The position numbers and the translations under genes are program-made. From NCBI GenBank assembly GCA_000002435.2, contig CM018793.1: 64,000 nucleotides of DNA. The stretch is one strand, 5' to 3'. This document shows positions 9,916 to 21,600 of this stretch, one piece after another. The stretch's first letter is position 1. Every line of letters starts with the position of its first letter. The notes beneath the pieces are model-generated. The model saw nothing but the letters and a program-made list of their open reading frames with translations, made no database searches and had not been told where the DNA came from. The stretch comes from Giardia intestinalis. Lineage: Eukaryota.

Positions 9916-10524
9916 TTACTTGCAAAGGATCTTCCTCATAGCTTCAATGACGGTAGACGGAAGCTCGTTCATAGTGGAGACCTCGGCTACTTGTAAAGAG
10001 GCAGGGATGGCAACGTCCTCTGGGTCTATGTTCTGATTTGTGGAAATGAGGCTGGAGACATGGCTAAGAACTTCATGTCCGGCAATACCCATGGCGAGTA
10101 TTAGAAGCAGCTTCAGAGTAGACTGGTGGGTCTCCATCAAGGTCACAATGTTAGCGCTGTCACAACCTTTGGTTGCTATGTAGACAATAATTGCTGGAGG
10201 CGAAGCAAGCGCCTCTGAAGAGCAGCACCGCTGATCGGATGGGATATCGCAAAGACGCAGCAGTCTGCCTGGAAGAGAATCGATACACCCAGTATAAATA
10301 GCTCCGTCGACCGTCTTGACAGTATCAAAGGAGGCTGGTGACTCTGTCGGAGAAATGAGGGAATAGTAGAGTTTCGTTTTCCCGGAGTGGGCGTCCCCGC
10401 AGAGGTATACTGTGGTGATCTTGGATCCTGGCCCGGATATGCGTGAAATCCTCCACAAGATTATAGACAACAAGACCGTCAAGCCAATGGCGAGAACAGA
10501 GGCAATGGCCAGATGTTTGCTCAT
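9916..10524 (-). CDS. membrane-anchored small GTPase, probably signal-recognition-particle receptor beta subunit (SR-beta)-like
   Basis: 202 aa with an N-terminal TM helix (residues ~5-25) followed directly by a G1 P-loop (LCGDAHSGKT). Downstream are a DxxG-like DSLPG motif and a TKGCD sequence resembling NKxD. This TM plus Arf-like GTPase topology is characteristic of SR-beta, but the assignment is tentative. Confidence 0.5.
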   Translation of the reverse strand: MSKHLAIASVLAIGLTVLLSIILWRISRISGPGSKITTVYLCGDAHSGKTKLYYSLISPTESPASFDTVKTVDGAIYTGCIDSLPGRLLRLCDIPSDQRCCSSEALASPPAIIVYIATKGCDSANIVTLMETHQSTLKLLLILAMGIAGHEVLSHVSSLISTNQNIDPEDVAIPASLQVAEVSTMNELPSTVIEAMRKILCK

Positions 10525-11265
10525 GGGCGTCTGGTCGACCTATGCTGTCGCTTGCCTTTTTTTGCGCTAAAGTGTTCTGGATGGACATCAATAGGTTTCA
10601 ATACAGTGGCTGCGATTGAGCTAGCCGAAAGGTCACTAAAAGGGAGACGTGAGAAAGTGCTGAAGGTAATCGGTAGCCTGCCATAAAGCCGCCAAAGAAA
10701 AAAAATCCAGAGATGGCGTATGTTTCATTGCTCGTTCCACCCGACGTCTAACACGCAGAAAGACAGAGAAGCACGCTCCCGTTGCACGCATCTCCCCCAA
10801 GAGCGTCTTTCGCGCGTCCTTTATCTTTATCGGCATAGTGCTTTCATTGCACTTTGCAACGGCACTTGTAACGAAAAAGTAAATCGAGGCTGCTAAAACA
10901 CAGGGCTGCACAGCATCCTTGCACCTGCGTAGCCGATAGGTACGGGTGACCGTTTATCCCGGGCTCGTGTGGGCCCGGGTAGGCACGGTCAAAGAGTTTC
11001 CTTCATTCAATTTTTAGATCCATCTGGCGCACGTTACGAGGCCTGGCTCCCGGTCCGGCCCTACCTTGCGTGCGCATATCTCCGGGATCTGCGCCGCGTC
11101 TGCTCGCGGCGATTTCGGTTATGCCGGCCCGAACACTCCTTCATTCAACAGGCCCGGAAGAGCGACTTCACCCGAACAGCGGCTGACCAGATACAAAGCA
11201 GGATGGGGTATTTACACCATAATCTACACAGACGATCCATTAGTGAGCAAACTCCTGGGGCGAGC

Positions 11266-12369
11266 CTATGGAGAGATGGTTCGGAGGCCGGAGGGGCTGA
11301 CACCCCCTACTCTTCCTGGGGTAGAAACTGTCTGTGAAGCACCGAGATTCATCCTCCCAGTGCGGCTGCCAAGGTTCGTTCTTGACGCTGCGCCGGGAGA
11401 AGCCTTCGAGACACGCATCCTCTCAACGGTGGATGTGGACGTCGGAATTCTTGCTCGAGACGTGGACCCTGCGCGGCTCGGGGTCATGGTTGCAGAGCTT
11501 GGGATAACGCCTTGACAAAGGGTACAAGCTCTGCTACCGCTGCGACTAGTTGATCTGGACGAGGAGCGTGGGCCGGATTTAATGTATGACGTGAGAGGAC
11601 TCTTTGCCGTTTTAATGGTCTGCTTAAGCTGACTCGTGTGGTTCTTTGTGTCGTCAAGTGTCATCCTCTGCTTTGGATTCAGCGCGGTGAATATTTTGTT
11701 AGCCTCGTGGCGCTTCAACGCCTCGAAGTGTTTCTGTAGGGCCTCCAGATCTGCTGCCCACCTGGTCATAATGTCGACTTTTCCGGCCTCGATGCGCTGC
11801 TCTAACGAGTTCTTTCGAATCTCAAAGCGCTTGTGAATTGGCTCGCTTCCTTGCTGCTCTAGGAAATCTTGGAGCTTCTCATGTGCCTGGATCTCCTCGG
11901 CCTCCATGGCATCTGCCTCCCGCTTCAGAATAATGGCCTCCTCAAAGTGCCCCGTGCGACCGGCGGAGATCTGCTTTTCGCGGAGGTTCAGAAGTGCAGC
12001 AGAAAACTTGACTGGAGCGCGCTGGAACGCAGTCTCCCCGTTCTTCAGCTCATAGTTGTACTCTATTTCAAGCTCGTCACGTTTCGCGCGCGCTTTGTTC
12101 TCGAAAGCGAGGAGGCGCTCCTCCCACGTTCTATTAAATCTCTCTAGCTCGAGTTCGTACTGCTGTTCAATGCGACGGCACTCGTCATTGTACTGGGACT
12201 TCTGCATGTTTACCATATCTTCCTGCTGGCTCCTGGCTAGTTCGCCGATCTGGTCCCGCATTTTGGCCGCCAGCACGTAGTCCTGTGCATCAACGGCCTC
12301 CTGCATGCGCTGCTTGAGTGTTGCAATGGTGCTTGCGATGTTAGACGCCTCCAGACCAAAATCAGCCAT
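11266..12369 (-). CDS. coiled-coil protein with an N-terminal UVR-like motif and a Ser/Thr/Arg-rich low-complexity tail
   Basis: 367 aa. The N-terminal IATLKQRMQEAVDAQDYVLAAKMRDQIGEL fits the UVR-domain consensus (L..L...M..A...L.FE.AA.LRD.I..L). Residues ~50-230 are heptad-rich and E/K/R-rich. The last ~120 aa (SRSTSRSGSR...) is low-complexity and overlaps + strand ORFs, so the true stop could lie earlier. Confidence 0.5.
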   Translation of the reverse strand: MADFGLEASNIASTIATLKQRMQEAVDAQDYVLAAKMRDQIGELARSQQEDMVNMQKSQYNDECRRIEQQYELELERFNRTWEERLLAFENKARAKRDELEIEYNYELKNGETAFQRAPVKFSAALLNLREKQISAGRTGHFEEAIILKREADAMEAEEIQAHEKLQDFLEQQGSEPIHKRFEIRKNSLEQRIEAGKVDIMTRWAADLEALQKHFEALKRHEANKIFTALNPKQRMTLDDTKNHTSQLKQTIKTAKSPLTSYIKSGPRSSSRSTSRSGSRACTLCQGVIPSSATMTPSRAGSTSRARIPTSTSTVERMRVSKASPGAASRTNLGSRTGRMNLGASQTVSTPGRVGGVSPSGLRTISP

Positions 12370-12717
12370 TTAAAATTCTAGGGTTAATTTTTTCAAATTT
12401 TTCCATTGCACTTTGGCCATAATATGCATTTTTATTTTGATTTTCAATTGTATTTTAGATGTACGCCTCTTAGATCGGAGGGATGGTATGCAGGGTTGTT
12501 TAGAAACCAGCTCGGCAAACTCAGAAAGAAATAGAGAAAAAGATCGGAGAACTTATAACCAGGGGCTGCCTCGGCGTTGACTCTATTACAAACAGATCGT
12601 GCTCGGCACCGCACATTCTACCCTCTTCTTTATCTAAACACTCTAGCCCTAAACGATGTTGTAGAGTAGTATTATAAGGTATAGTATTAACTTATCTGCG
12701 TTTAATAAATTTAGGTT

Positions 12718-15700
12718 ATGATTTCGTGTCCCTCTGACATTATTCTCATGGAGCCGAGGGGACTGGCCGCCTACTTTCAAAACATGGGGGCTCTATGTGG
12801 ACTTGCAGACAGTATTATCTACTCTGAGGTGTCTGGGGCCATGTTTGCCGCGATGACTCCTGAGGCCTTTCTAACGGCACTTAACAGGCCTCTGGACCCC
12901 TGTGTGCTTAAGGAGTTGCGGCTGATCCAGAGCCTTATTCAGCAGAAGATAAAGGATAGCGTGCCTTCGTTTTTGGACAGCGTTTGCAAAGGTGTTATCC
13001 TGGGATGCTCTCCCACCCTCAATACTGAATGCAATGGTGATTCATCTGGTGAAAACATAGCTGACCTCCGGAGAGACTGTCCCTCATTTGGGGACGCGCC
13101 CAGATCTAGTCGATTCTATGAGATAGCAGTGCTTGGTTGCTGGAACAGTTCTATTTTGTGTGTTCCAGTCGACACCGTTGGATGCTACTTAGATGAATGT
13201 AATTACCCTAATCACCCGTCTCCTTCTATGCTCCCTCGCGGGTCTCTAGTCGACATTGTACTGAAGAGTGGATGTTCTGCCAGGTCTTCGATTGATACCG
13301 ATAATATAAAATTAGTTATTCCTTGCTCTAACACGTGGGAGGCGTCTCTAATGGGGCTTCTTTCCATGGTACATGACTATCTGAATACTGCACGGAAAGC
13401 CACCCACCCACCCTTTCATATTGGGATGTATTCGGCTCTTCCGTTCGCCTCGTCAGTCAGTCAATCTAGTAACCATGATGGTAATGTACTCACTACAATA
13501 ACTCTGGCGGATGTTCTAGAGTCCCCGGAGGCTATGTCCCAGGAACACACGTCCTACATGGAGCAAACTGCGTTTAGGTCTATCGACGAAGATATAGCGT
13601 GCAACAGCAGCTCACACGATGGCCTGTGTAACCCTAACGCTGATCAATGTACGGATTCTCTCAAACCCGTATCTGCCCCAAGCCCGATTGAATATGAGCC
13701 TTTGTCTCCACCTTCAGAGCAGCTGTTTCCAAGTTACCTGTTCTCTAATACTTCAGGTGCCTATAAGGAATTATTTGGCAGGCTTTCAGCCAGCGCGTCT
13801 GGTGAGATCCCATGCTACACTGACATTTGTGCTACTGGGATACCTCCATCCGGTTTCTATGCCCCTCTTCCCCAGTCTTCTGGGGTGTCTATTGGTATGC
13901 ATAAAAGCCTTTCTGACATGCCTCTACCATTCATGAACGCTCCCAATATTCTTCTACCTAATACAATCGCTAACGCCCACGTGAACAATAGGCTGCTTAG
14001 TAGTACGATGCAGTGCTTTAATGGATTTATTTACAAGTATAACCCTATGCTGGTCTTGCCCCTGTCCACTCGTTTCCGCGGAAGGATAGAGTTCATCCAG
14101 GACGGATACGGTTGTATAGTGTGTCCCCCTTTCAGCAAGCAAAGTCAAACAGCCCAGAGCATACCCACCTTCATGAATCCCGAGTTTGTCATGAGCGCAG
14201 AGAAGGCCGGGTGCGCCAGTATGCGAAAAGTGTTCCAATCGCTCGTGAACATTCCCCAGGATGTCCATAGCATGATGAACTATTCTCCACCAAATATCTC
14301 CTCGCTAAGCTCCTTCAATATCGCTGACGGGCTGTCGCTGTGCTGCTTCTTCGCAGCCCCCTGGGTCCAGACATCCCCTAACACCCCTGACTGTTCACTG
14401 ATAAGAGGGGACATTGTTGAGTTCAATCTTATACACGGGTATGGATATCTAGACGAGTATGCCGTCTATGGGAGTGCGAATCAGCCATTCTATCCGCTTG
14501 TCTCCAATGCAGCCCTAGAAGCTATGGCTAAACACGGTGGTCGTTTGGCCAAAGGGAAAGGAGAAAAGCAGCGCACAGAGAAGAAGAAAGGAGACGAGGC
14601 CCAGATGAAGCACAGTCTCTCAGCTCCTGCCGTCTCCACGAACCCCCTTATGAAGTTTAATCGAGCTGATCTCACCGACTACTATTTCCTGCATCAGTCA
14701 ACGAGTAATACCGCTGAGTATATCACGCTTCTGGCAGACAAGATTACCGTGGTCAAAAACACCCGTGTAACCAAATCACAGTGGCACAGCCTTCTCGTTG
14801 ATGGCCACATATATCAAGGAATTGTCTACACTTTCAATGAAGCAGAAAATTACGGATTCATTAAGTCCTACGGTAATCGTATGCAGGCAGGAACGCTGAG
14901 TCAAGGCATAGAGGTTTATTTTCGTCCCTCTCCTTCTAGTACCTGGAAACCGGAAAGAGGGTGCTTTGTTTCGTTCAAGGCGAAGTGGGTGGATTCTAAG
15001 GCCCAAGCAAGAGAGGTCAAGCCCATCTATAGCCGCACAAGCAGCTTCTTCTTTGGGCAGTGCCTGGGGGTCTTTCCTCCTTTTGCTATAATCAGAGCAG
15101 TGGCGCATATTGAGCACAAGATGAGCACGGAGAAATACGGCTTTTCCGGCCGCACGGTAGACTTTCTGCAGTGCCGTGGTCTCTTGACGGCAGGGGCCGA
15201 TCCAGAGCCATATGTCTATGATGGTCAAGACCCTTCGTTCTCTTGCAGAAAGATAGACCCGTATTGGGCCAGCGATGTTTACTTCGTCCGTACAAAGACT
15301 CTTGCTCAGGCGCTCAAGATATCCCTCGGGGTGGGCTCCTATGTCGGGTTCAACATCGACCCTGACATTAGCACGCATCTGCGAGCAGTCAATCTGTCAG
15401 TAATTGACCCTAGTATTTTCACTGATATCCTCAGCTATATTCAAAGGTACTCATCTAATGCCATTATACCTTCCCTCCGACATTCTGTATTAACGCAGCA
15501 GTCTATAGAGAAACTACCGTGGTCCCTTAACTTCCACATGCCAACCAGGGCAGAGCCCACTCCGTTACGCGCCTTTACATTCCACCTTGAGCTTGGCTCG
15601 CTGCAGGCAGTGTTCCAGGAAGGGACACTCCAGGATACGGGCTTTCTTCACAATTGTCAAATCAGGCTATCGTCTAAGTACGACACTCAGCTTTTAACGA

Positions 15701-16221
15701 TTCCATTGAATAGCGTCTTGAGACCGCTAGAGGTTGCTATTCCTTCCTCGCAATATGTATTTGTATGCTCAGAGATAGACTCTACCAACGTGCTGCCTAA
15801 TCAGCTCTATGAGCTGGGATATTCTAATACACTGTTACCGAGCACGTCCCCTCAGACCCATACAATAAGTCTAGCCCTACTTGTGAACTCCTCCACGACT
15901 TGCTATGCAATGCAAGTGTCCTACATAACTGATGAGTACGTCATCCTTAATAGCTTGACGATCAAATACGATACCTGTACAGCAGCGGAGTACGTGGAGC
16001 CCAGCCTCTTCTATATAGGAGTACCCAGATCAACATACCCACTGGGGTACATGTTCTTCGGGATGACGGTATATCTAACGGTATTGTCCACTAAACCGGA
16101 GCAGCTAGCCAACGGTCTAGTGCTTGGAAAGCTGTTTGCAAACAGAGATTATATATTAGTAGTATTTATTCTGTCTTCCGTTGACATAGAAATTACAGCA
16201 CCTACTCAAGCGCAGAGTTGA
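12718..16221 (+). CDS. large hypothetical protein (1167 aa), no recognisable domain
   Basis: Long uninterrupted ORF with Giardia-like composition, divergent from the 11266..12369 gene across a 350-bp AT-rich promoter region. No motif recognised by eye. Confidence 0.5.
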   Translation: MISCPSDIILMEPRGLAAYFQNMGALCGLADSIIYSEVSGAMFAAMTPEAFLTALNRPLDPCVLKELRLIQSLIQQKIKDSVPSFLDSVCKGVILGCSPTLNTECNGDSSGENIADLRRDCPSFGDAPRSSRFYEIAVLGCWNSSILCVPVDTVGCYLDECNYPNHPSPSMLPRGSLVDIVLKSGCSARSSIDTDNIKLVIPCSNTWEASLMGLLSMVHDYLNTARKATHPPFHIGMYSALPFASSVSQSSNHDGNVLTTITLADVLESPEAMSQEHTSYMEQTAFRSIDEDIACNSSSHDGLCNPNADQCTDSLKPVSAPSPIEYEPLSPPSEQLFPSYLFSNTSGAYKELFGRLSASASGEIPCYTDICATGIPPSGFYAPLPQSSGVSIGMHKSLSDMPLPFMNAPNILLPNTIANAHVNNRLLSSTMQCFNGFIYKYNPMLVLPLSTRFRGRIEFIQDGYGCIVCPPFSKQSQTAQSIPTFMNPEFVMSAEKAGCASMRKVFQSLVNIPQDVHSMMNYSPPNISSLSSFNIADGLSLCCFFAAPWVQTSPNTPDCSLIRGDIVEFNLIHGYGYLDEYAVYGSANQPFYPLVSNAALEAMAKHGGRLAKGKGEKQRTEKKKGDEAQMKHSLSAPAVSTNPLMKFNRADLTDYYFLHQSTSNTAEYITLLADKITVVKNTRVTKSQWHSLLVDGHIYQGIVYTFNEAENYGFIKSYGNRMQAGTLSQGIEVYFRPSPSSTWKPERGCFVSFKAKWVDSKAQAREVKPIYSRTSSFFFGQCLGVFPPFAIIRAVAHIEHKMSTEKYGFSGRTVDFLQCRGLLTAGADPEPYVYDGQDPSFSCRKIDPYWASDVYFVRTKTLAQALKISLGVGSYVGFNIDPDISTHLRAVNLSVIDPSIFTDILSYIQRYSSNAIIPSLRHSVLTQQSIEKLPWSLNFHMPTRAEPTPLRAFTFHLELGSLQAVFQEGTLQDTGFLHNCQIRLSSKYDTQLLTIPLNSVLRPLEVAIPSSQYVFVCSEIDSTNVLPNQLYELGYSNTLLPSTSPQTHTISLALLVNSSTTCYAMQVSYITDEYVILNSLTIKYDTCTAAEYVEPSLFYIGVPRSTYPLGYMFFGMTVYLTVLSTKPEQLANGLVLGKLFANRDYILVVFILSSVDIEITAPTQAQS

Positions 16222-16347
16222 CGCAAAGCGCAGGTGCCATCGGTTAATGATTAGTGTCTAGTGAATTGATTCTTCAACCCCTACCCTTTCCACTATCGAG
16301 TCGAAATATCATGCTTAGAACCTGGCTATGATAGTGGCTGGCATCAG

Positions 16348-16959
16348 CTAACAGTAGCACCGTGAAGAAGGAGGAGCTATCTCGAGGTCCTCAAGGGAAA
16401 GGACAGACTTCGGCATGCTGCTGGCCATCTTGCGAGCAATGATTGTGCTCATTTCAGCTATTACTTGATTGGTGCCAATTCCAGTGAGGCCACAAATGAA
16501 GAATATCGGAGAGTCATAGAGCGCAGCGAACGCCCGGGCCTCCTCATGAGTTACAGCAATCTTGTGATTCAGCTCTGCTAAGTCACACTTTGTCGCCACG
16601 AAAATAATAGAGAGATCCGGTTCCAGCCCAAGAACCTTCTGCACATACTGCGAGGCCGCCACAAAGCTTGGCCTGGAGACGAAATCGAAGACTACCAGAC
16701 ATATACATGCGCTCTTGTGCGCTAGAGACGAGACACCTCCCATATATTCGCCCTTCATTGTGTCCCACAATCGGATGCTCACGGTTTCGCTTCCGACACG
16801 CAGGCGCATACTGTGGATGTCTACGGTCTCGGTTGTATCTCTGGGTGGTCTGTTGTATGCAAGAGAATGAACAAGGGTGGTCTTCCCGCAGCCCGCCGAC
16901 CCCACCACACTGACTTTGTACCGCATGGCTGTTAGGATTTTTTGTGTCTCAAGCGCCAA
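16348..16959 (-). CDS. Ras-superfamily small GTPase (Rab-like, atypical G3)
   Basis: 203 aa with a G1 motif VVGSAGCGKTT, a WDTMKGE motif in place of WDTAGQE, a G4-like ATKCD, and a C-terminal ...RCYC di-cysteine prenylation-type motif as in Rab proteins. Confidence 0.65.
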   Translation of the reverse strand: MALETQKILTAMRYKVSVVGSAGCGKTTLVHSLAYNRPPRDTTETVDIHSMRLRVGSETVSIRLWDTMKGEYMGGVSSLAHKSACICLVVFDFVSRPSFVAASQYVQKVLGLEPDLSIIFVATKCDLAELNHKIAVTHEEARAFAALYDSPIFFICGLTGIGTNQVIAEMSTIIARKMASSMPKSVLSLEDLEIAPPSSRCYC

Positions 16960-16982
16960 AGGGATTTACTAGCCGGGTTCGC

Positions 16983-17831
16983 CTAGACAATATTAGCACG
17001 GCAGCGGTCTTTTTCTGCAGCGGTGATCGTTTTCAGAAACTGTTCAAGGCTTTCTTGAGCATTGTTTGTGTGCCTCTTCTTTTCAATCTCCTCGCCGATC
17101 GCCTTAAGTTTAGAGCCAGCTTTGCCGAGCTCCTCGCCAGTGACCTTGCTGGCCGTGATAAGGCCCTGAAGGACTTCCCAGTCAAGGGTTTCCATTTGAT
17201 TGCGTAGGCCAACGAAGCGCTTGTTGACGTCAGCAAGTTGCTCAGTGATTTCTTCGCTCTTCTTCTCGAGTCTTGCTTTCTCCTTAAGAGTGCTACTGGA
17301 TGGCTCCGATCCGTCAAGCTTATGAGAAAGAGTCGTCATTGCCGTGTTGGTTTTGTGCTTGTCGCTGTCCAGCTTTGCCCGCTCCTTGAAGGACTTATCC
17401 ATCGTTGCCTTGAGAGTCGCAAGTTCTTTAGTATTCTCTTTGTATGCGTCTTCTAGCTTTGAAATAGACTGGGCCTCAAACTGTTCTGAAAGCTTCTCTA
17501 AAGTTTGGCAAACGGAGCTGCAGCTGTCTGCTATAAAGTTCTCGCTGAACGGTAGGGTCTTTGGATGGGGTGCAACAGACGCGTCCACTAGCTTCTGGAA
17601 GTCCTTGGTATAGTGGTCAAGGGCGGCCTTAAACTCCTTCTGGAGATCGATGAGCCACTTACAGTTGGCTAGGCTATCGGCAATATGCGTTAGCCCCTCT
17701 CCTTCCTTATTCTCAAGGGCAGTCTCATATCCAAATGTCTGCTTGCTTGGCATTTTATTAATCAATTGTGGGTATGGCCAGTGCAGTACAGTACCGTTCA
17801 ATCCTCTCTTGACAAAGGAGTTTCCCGGCAA
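16983..17831 (-). CDS. coiled-coil hypothetical protein (282 aa)
   Basis: K/E/L-rich heptad-like sequence throughout (KLEDAYKENTKELATLKATMDKSFKERAKLD...). No catalytic motif. Divergent from MBF1 across a ~270-bp AT-rich region. The start could be an internal Met. Confidence 0.45.
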   Translation of the reverse strand: MPGNSFVKRGLNGTVLHWPYPQLINKMPSKQTFGYETALENKEGEGLTHIADSLANCKWLIDLQKEFKAALDHYTKDFQKLVDASVAPHPKTLPFSENFIADSCSSVCQTLEKLSEQFEAQSISKLEDAYKENTKELATLKATMDKSFKERAKLDSDKHKTNTAMTTLSHKLDGSEPSSSTLKEKARLEKKSEEITEQLADVNKRFVGLRNQMETLDWEVLQGLITASKVTGEELGKAGSKLKAIGEEIEKKRHTNNAQESLEQFLKTITAAEKDRCRANIV

Positions 17832-18102
17832 AACACAATCTACCGGTTCGTTAGAGTTTATGCCTTGACGCTCTAATGCTTGATCTGATTACAGTAAATA
17901 TTTGTGACGTACACTTTATAAGATATATGAAATCAATGGAGTTAAAGAAGTGAACTAAGAGGACTAGCCAGCATTCGGATTCTGAAGGGTCTCACAATAC
18001 CAAAACTTGGCGGCTTGTTCCAGAATTATGTCCAATTGTAATTAAAATTACGACAAATGCGATAAAATATTGAAGACCTTTGTTTTCAAGACCTGGTGAC
18101 AA

Positions 18103-18426
18103 ATGTCCGAGTATCGTGACTACGTAGTCCGCTACAAGAAGCCAACTACAAACAATGCAAACAAGAAGCCGGCAGGAACTTACGACAAAGATCCCGGAGA
18201 CAATGCATTCGGCCCCAAAGCTATCGAGTTTGAAGTGCGTCGCAACCTGGAGCGTGCACGTGCCGCGAAGGGCATGAACAGAAAGCAGCTAGCTGATGCA
18301 GCGTATATCAAGGAATCGCAGCTCGCAGCTTGGGAATCCGGCTCTGCTCCCATTCCTGATGCTGTCATTCCTAAGTTGGAGAAGGTCCTCGGTACAAAGC
18401 TAGTCCCAGAGAAGGATAAGAAGTAA
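18103..18426 (+). CDS. MBF1: multiprotein bridging factor 1 (MBF1/EDF1) transcriptional co-activator
   Basis: 107 aa. The C-terminal HTH region RARAAKGMNRKQLADAAYIKESQLAAWESGSAPIPDAVIPKLEKVLGTKL matches the MBF1 helix-turn-helix (ARQAKG.TQKDLA..I.EK..VI..YE.G.A.P...VL.K.ER.LGVKL). It also has the basic N-terminal MBF1-type segment. Confidence 0.85.
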   Translation: MSEYRDYVVRYKKPTTNNANKKPAGTYDKDPGDNAFGPKAIEFEVRRNLERARAAKGMNRKQLADAAYIKESQLAAWESGSAPIPDAVIPKLEKVLGTKLVPEKDKK

Positions 18427-18642
18427 GGGCTTGTGCATTGCTACTACTGAGTCTACTTGAGGGTGGATGCATCTACACTCTGACTTCGGCTTTGATCTTT
18501 CAGACACCTCAAAGGCTGTAACTGTGTAAACAGATGCGCTTTCTTGCAGAGATAACCCCTTACAAAGTCTGCCTATGAATGCCTTGTCCTTGCTCACATG
18601 TAACAGAACGGCTTAGTCAAGAGGCCATTGAATAATTAAACC

Positions 18643-21600
18643 ATGAGAGGCTTCACGTTCAGCGTCGGCGGGGGCTGCCGGAATGCTCCTGTCGACTTTG
18701 GACCGTGTAGAGCAGGGACTTCCACGGTGATAGAGGTTCTCTTTAGCTCCACGCTCTCTGTAAGCGTTAACGTTAGCATCTCAAATTTGCCACGGCACAT
18801 TGATGCTGTTCCCAAGCAATTTATTCTCAATCCCTCGAGCAAGATGAATGTGAAGTTCACATGGGTCTCAAAGGATACTAAATTTCAAATCCTCAACGAA
18901 ACTCTGAATGTTGAAAGCCAGAAGTCAGTGCAGCACCTTGTGCTCTTGGGCTTAGCAACTGAGAAGGAACTGAACATCTTTTTTTCGGCATCCAATGAGA
19001 AGCTCTACTTTCGTATTTTGGGTCGGCCCGAGACTTTCTTTGTCCAATCTCCTATTTTTGAGGACACAGCGGGCAGCGAGGCCTTTATATCACGAACTGC
19101 TTTGGCTCAAAAAGGGACAGACCCATTTGTGCTACTCAGCGATAGGGCCATATATGATAAAGTACTACACCACGGCTCCAACATTCTCAACAACTTCACT
19201 AACTCACTCCTACACACCTCATACTTGGCTGGGTATGAAGTTTTTCAGGCAACCTTCTTGAGGGACACCCTCCCCAACATTCTTATGACTGCACACAGAA
19301 GATACAGCCAAGCGATACCGGCAATACGGCGTAAGATTACCTTTAGAGGAGACATTTCTGCCCCTCTCGATCAGCAATGTAGATCCATGCTATCGCTAGC
19401 TTTGGAGTCCATCGACGGGGCGATTTTCCGGTTAGTTTGCGATTGTTTGTATAGGCCCCAGCCCAATCTTTTCGCCCTCTTTGATTTGCCACAAGTGCGT
19501 ATTGCAGACATCCTGCTCAAGTTGCAGCAATCAGAGATAGTGAAGCAGCTCTTCTGTAGGGGGTCAGCTGGGCTACAGAACAGAGCCCTCAGCATAGAAG
19601 ATCAACGGGTGAATAAGACTCGGAACTGTAACCTCTTTATCGTAGTTCTCTGCTTTATCGATCTATCTCTCATAGTGTATAAAGCATCAGGAATACTCCG
19701 GCCCCTGCAGCACCACGTGGAAACTGTTGCAGCGACAGGAAAGCGTAGTAGTATAACGCAAGCAAGAACGTTGACAGAATTTCTCAACTCGTACTATACT
19801 ATAATTGGCTCAACTGGGGGACTTAGCACAATTTTAAATGACCTAGGATTTAGTTGGTTCAATCAGTCGATAGAACAGCCTCACCCTATTTCCTCCATAA
19901 GCTCACCACTTAAGAATGAAAACATTGCTAACTTCAGGACTCTTCTCCCCCATCTGCTTCTCTATATGTCGAGGAAACGCGAGTACTGCCCAGGCGCATT
20001 AAAGATACCTGCAGAGACGTATGAAGAAATAATAGAAAATATGCGGATACTTATATCCTTCTGCTGGCCACACAAGCTTGTCCTCGAGGCATCGAAGGGA
20101 CTCAACAAAAATTTGGCATCTCTCCCATCTTTGACGAAGACAATGCTGAATAAAATAATATTAACCATCATCAAGGAGAACCAAATGGCTGGACTTTTAT
20201 GTTCAGAAAAGGTCTTCTTGGCCTGCCTCAATAGTACAGTGGAAACCTCTATGATTAGCATCTCCTGTCAGCAGATATTTAAAAGATTGAAGTACGTTTT
20301 CAACCCGTCTAATAGCCCTATTGTTCGAACGGTTGATCGTATGTACGACGAGTTCAGGCGTAAGCAGGAAGCATTGACTCGTTCCTCTGTTATGCTAAGC
20401 AATGCCAGCGTGCTGGATATCATCATATCCGGGTCACAGGCACACCCCTCCTTCACCGGAAAGAAGCATCGTACGCTTCTGGCCACCCTGGAGCGTCACC
20501 TCAGTTCCCACAGATATTCAGAATTTCTATTGCTTGCTTTGCAAATGGTCGCGTTAGTCCATGGATATGATCTAAACGGTGTAATATTTGACCCGCGGGA
20601 TTGTGTCAACAACGGCCTTCTTTTGATAATGATAGCTCGTGTTATTCTTCCCACAGGAAGACGGATATTTCCAGGCAAGACGCTCTGGAAGTTTAACTTT
20701 GCAGGCACGTTGCAATCATCCATGGTATTATCCACGTACAGCGAACCAGAGTGTTACAACAATGATGATGTTAGTGAGCCTGAAGATGGGTTTAGTTGTT
20801 CTCTCCGTAAGAGTAGCACGACGGATCCTTCTGGCTGGGATGATACCAGGAGTTCTAAATTTGAGCGCTTCAGCTCCACGCGGATTGCCACTTTGTCTGA
20901 GAAAGAACCAACCCTTTCGCAAATCATCATGCAACAGCAAGAGCGCGATGGATATGTGAAGCCAGAGCATAATGTTCTCAGGCTCGCCGACTTCTATAGC
21001 TGCCACTTGGCGTTTATCTCTGCACTCGAGCGCTACGAAGAGCTACTACAAAAGTGGGACTATAGTCTCTCCCTTGAGGTTTTTGCTAACAGACACTCTA
21101 TCCTTCGCGTTTTGCCCAGCTTCGTTTATTCTGATAACATCCGTGAACGGACGCGATATAGTTTTTCACTATTTAGATTGATTGATGCCTACACACGTAG
21201 TATGGGAAGCACACTTCCTAATACTAGCATGTTGTCATACTACGTATCAATTCTGTTTGTTACTGCACTTGTTTCCAATGATTATTGTCTGACAGGAGAC
21301 ATTAAATTAGAGCTTCTGCACATTTCACCTGAAGAACGCGACTATCAGAACCTTCTAAACAAATATGCAAAGAAGACAGAACAATACAGAATACGGACCC
21401 GTGTAGACCGCCGAATAGCAGCCATTCAAGCGTCATGCAGAGGCTTTCTTGCCAGACAGTACTACCGACGTGTTCGGTACAGCGCACTTGTCATCCAACA
21501 CATGTGGCGTACAAAGCTTTATCACTTCGAAAAAGGCTACCTTCTTACGGCACAGGCTCGCCGAAATCTCTACTTACGAGCTCTTCTCACACATGAGTCA

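Noticed and set aside
10969-11515. Two overlapping + strand ORFs (122 and 149 aa) downstream of the SR-beta-like gene
   Set aside because: They overlap the 3' low-complexity tail of the 11266..12369 gene. They are Arg/Pro/Gly-rich with no motif, and so are likely spurious.
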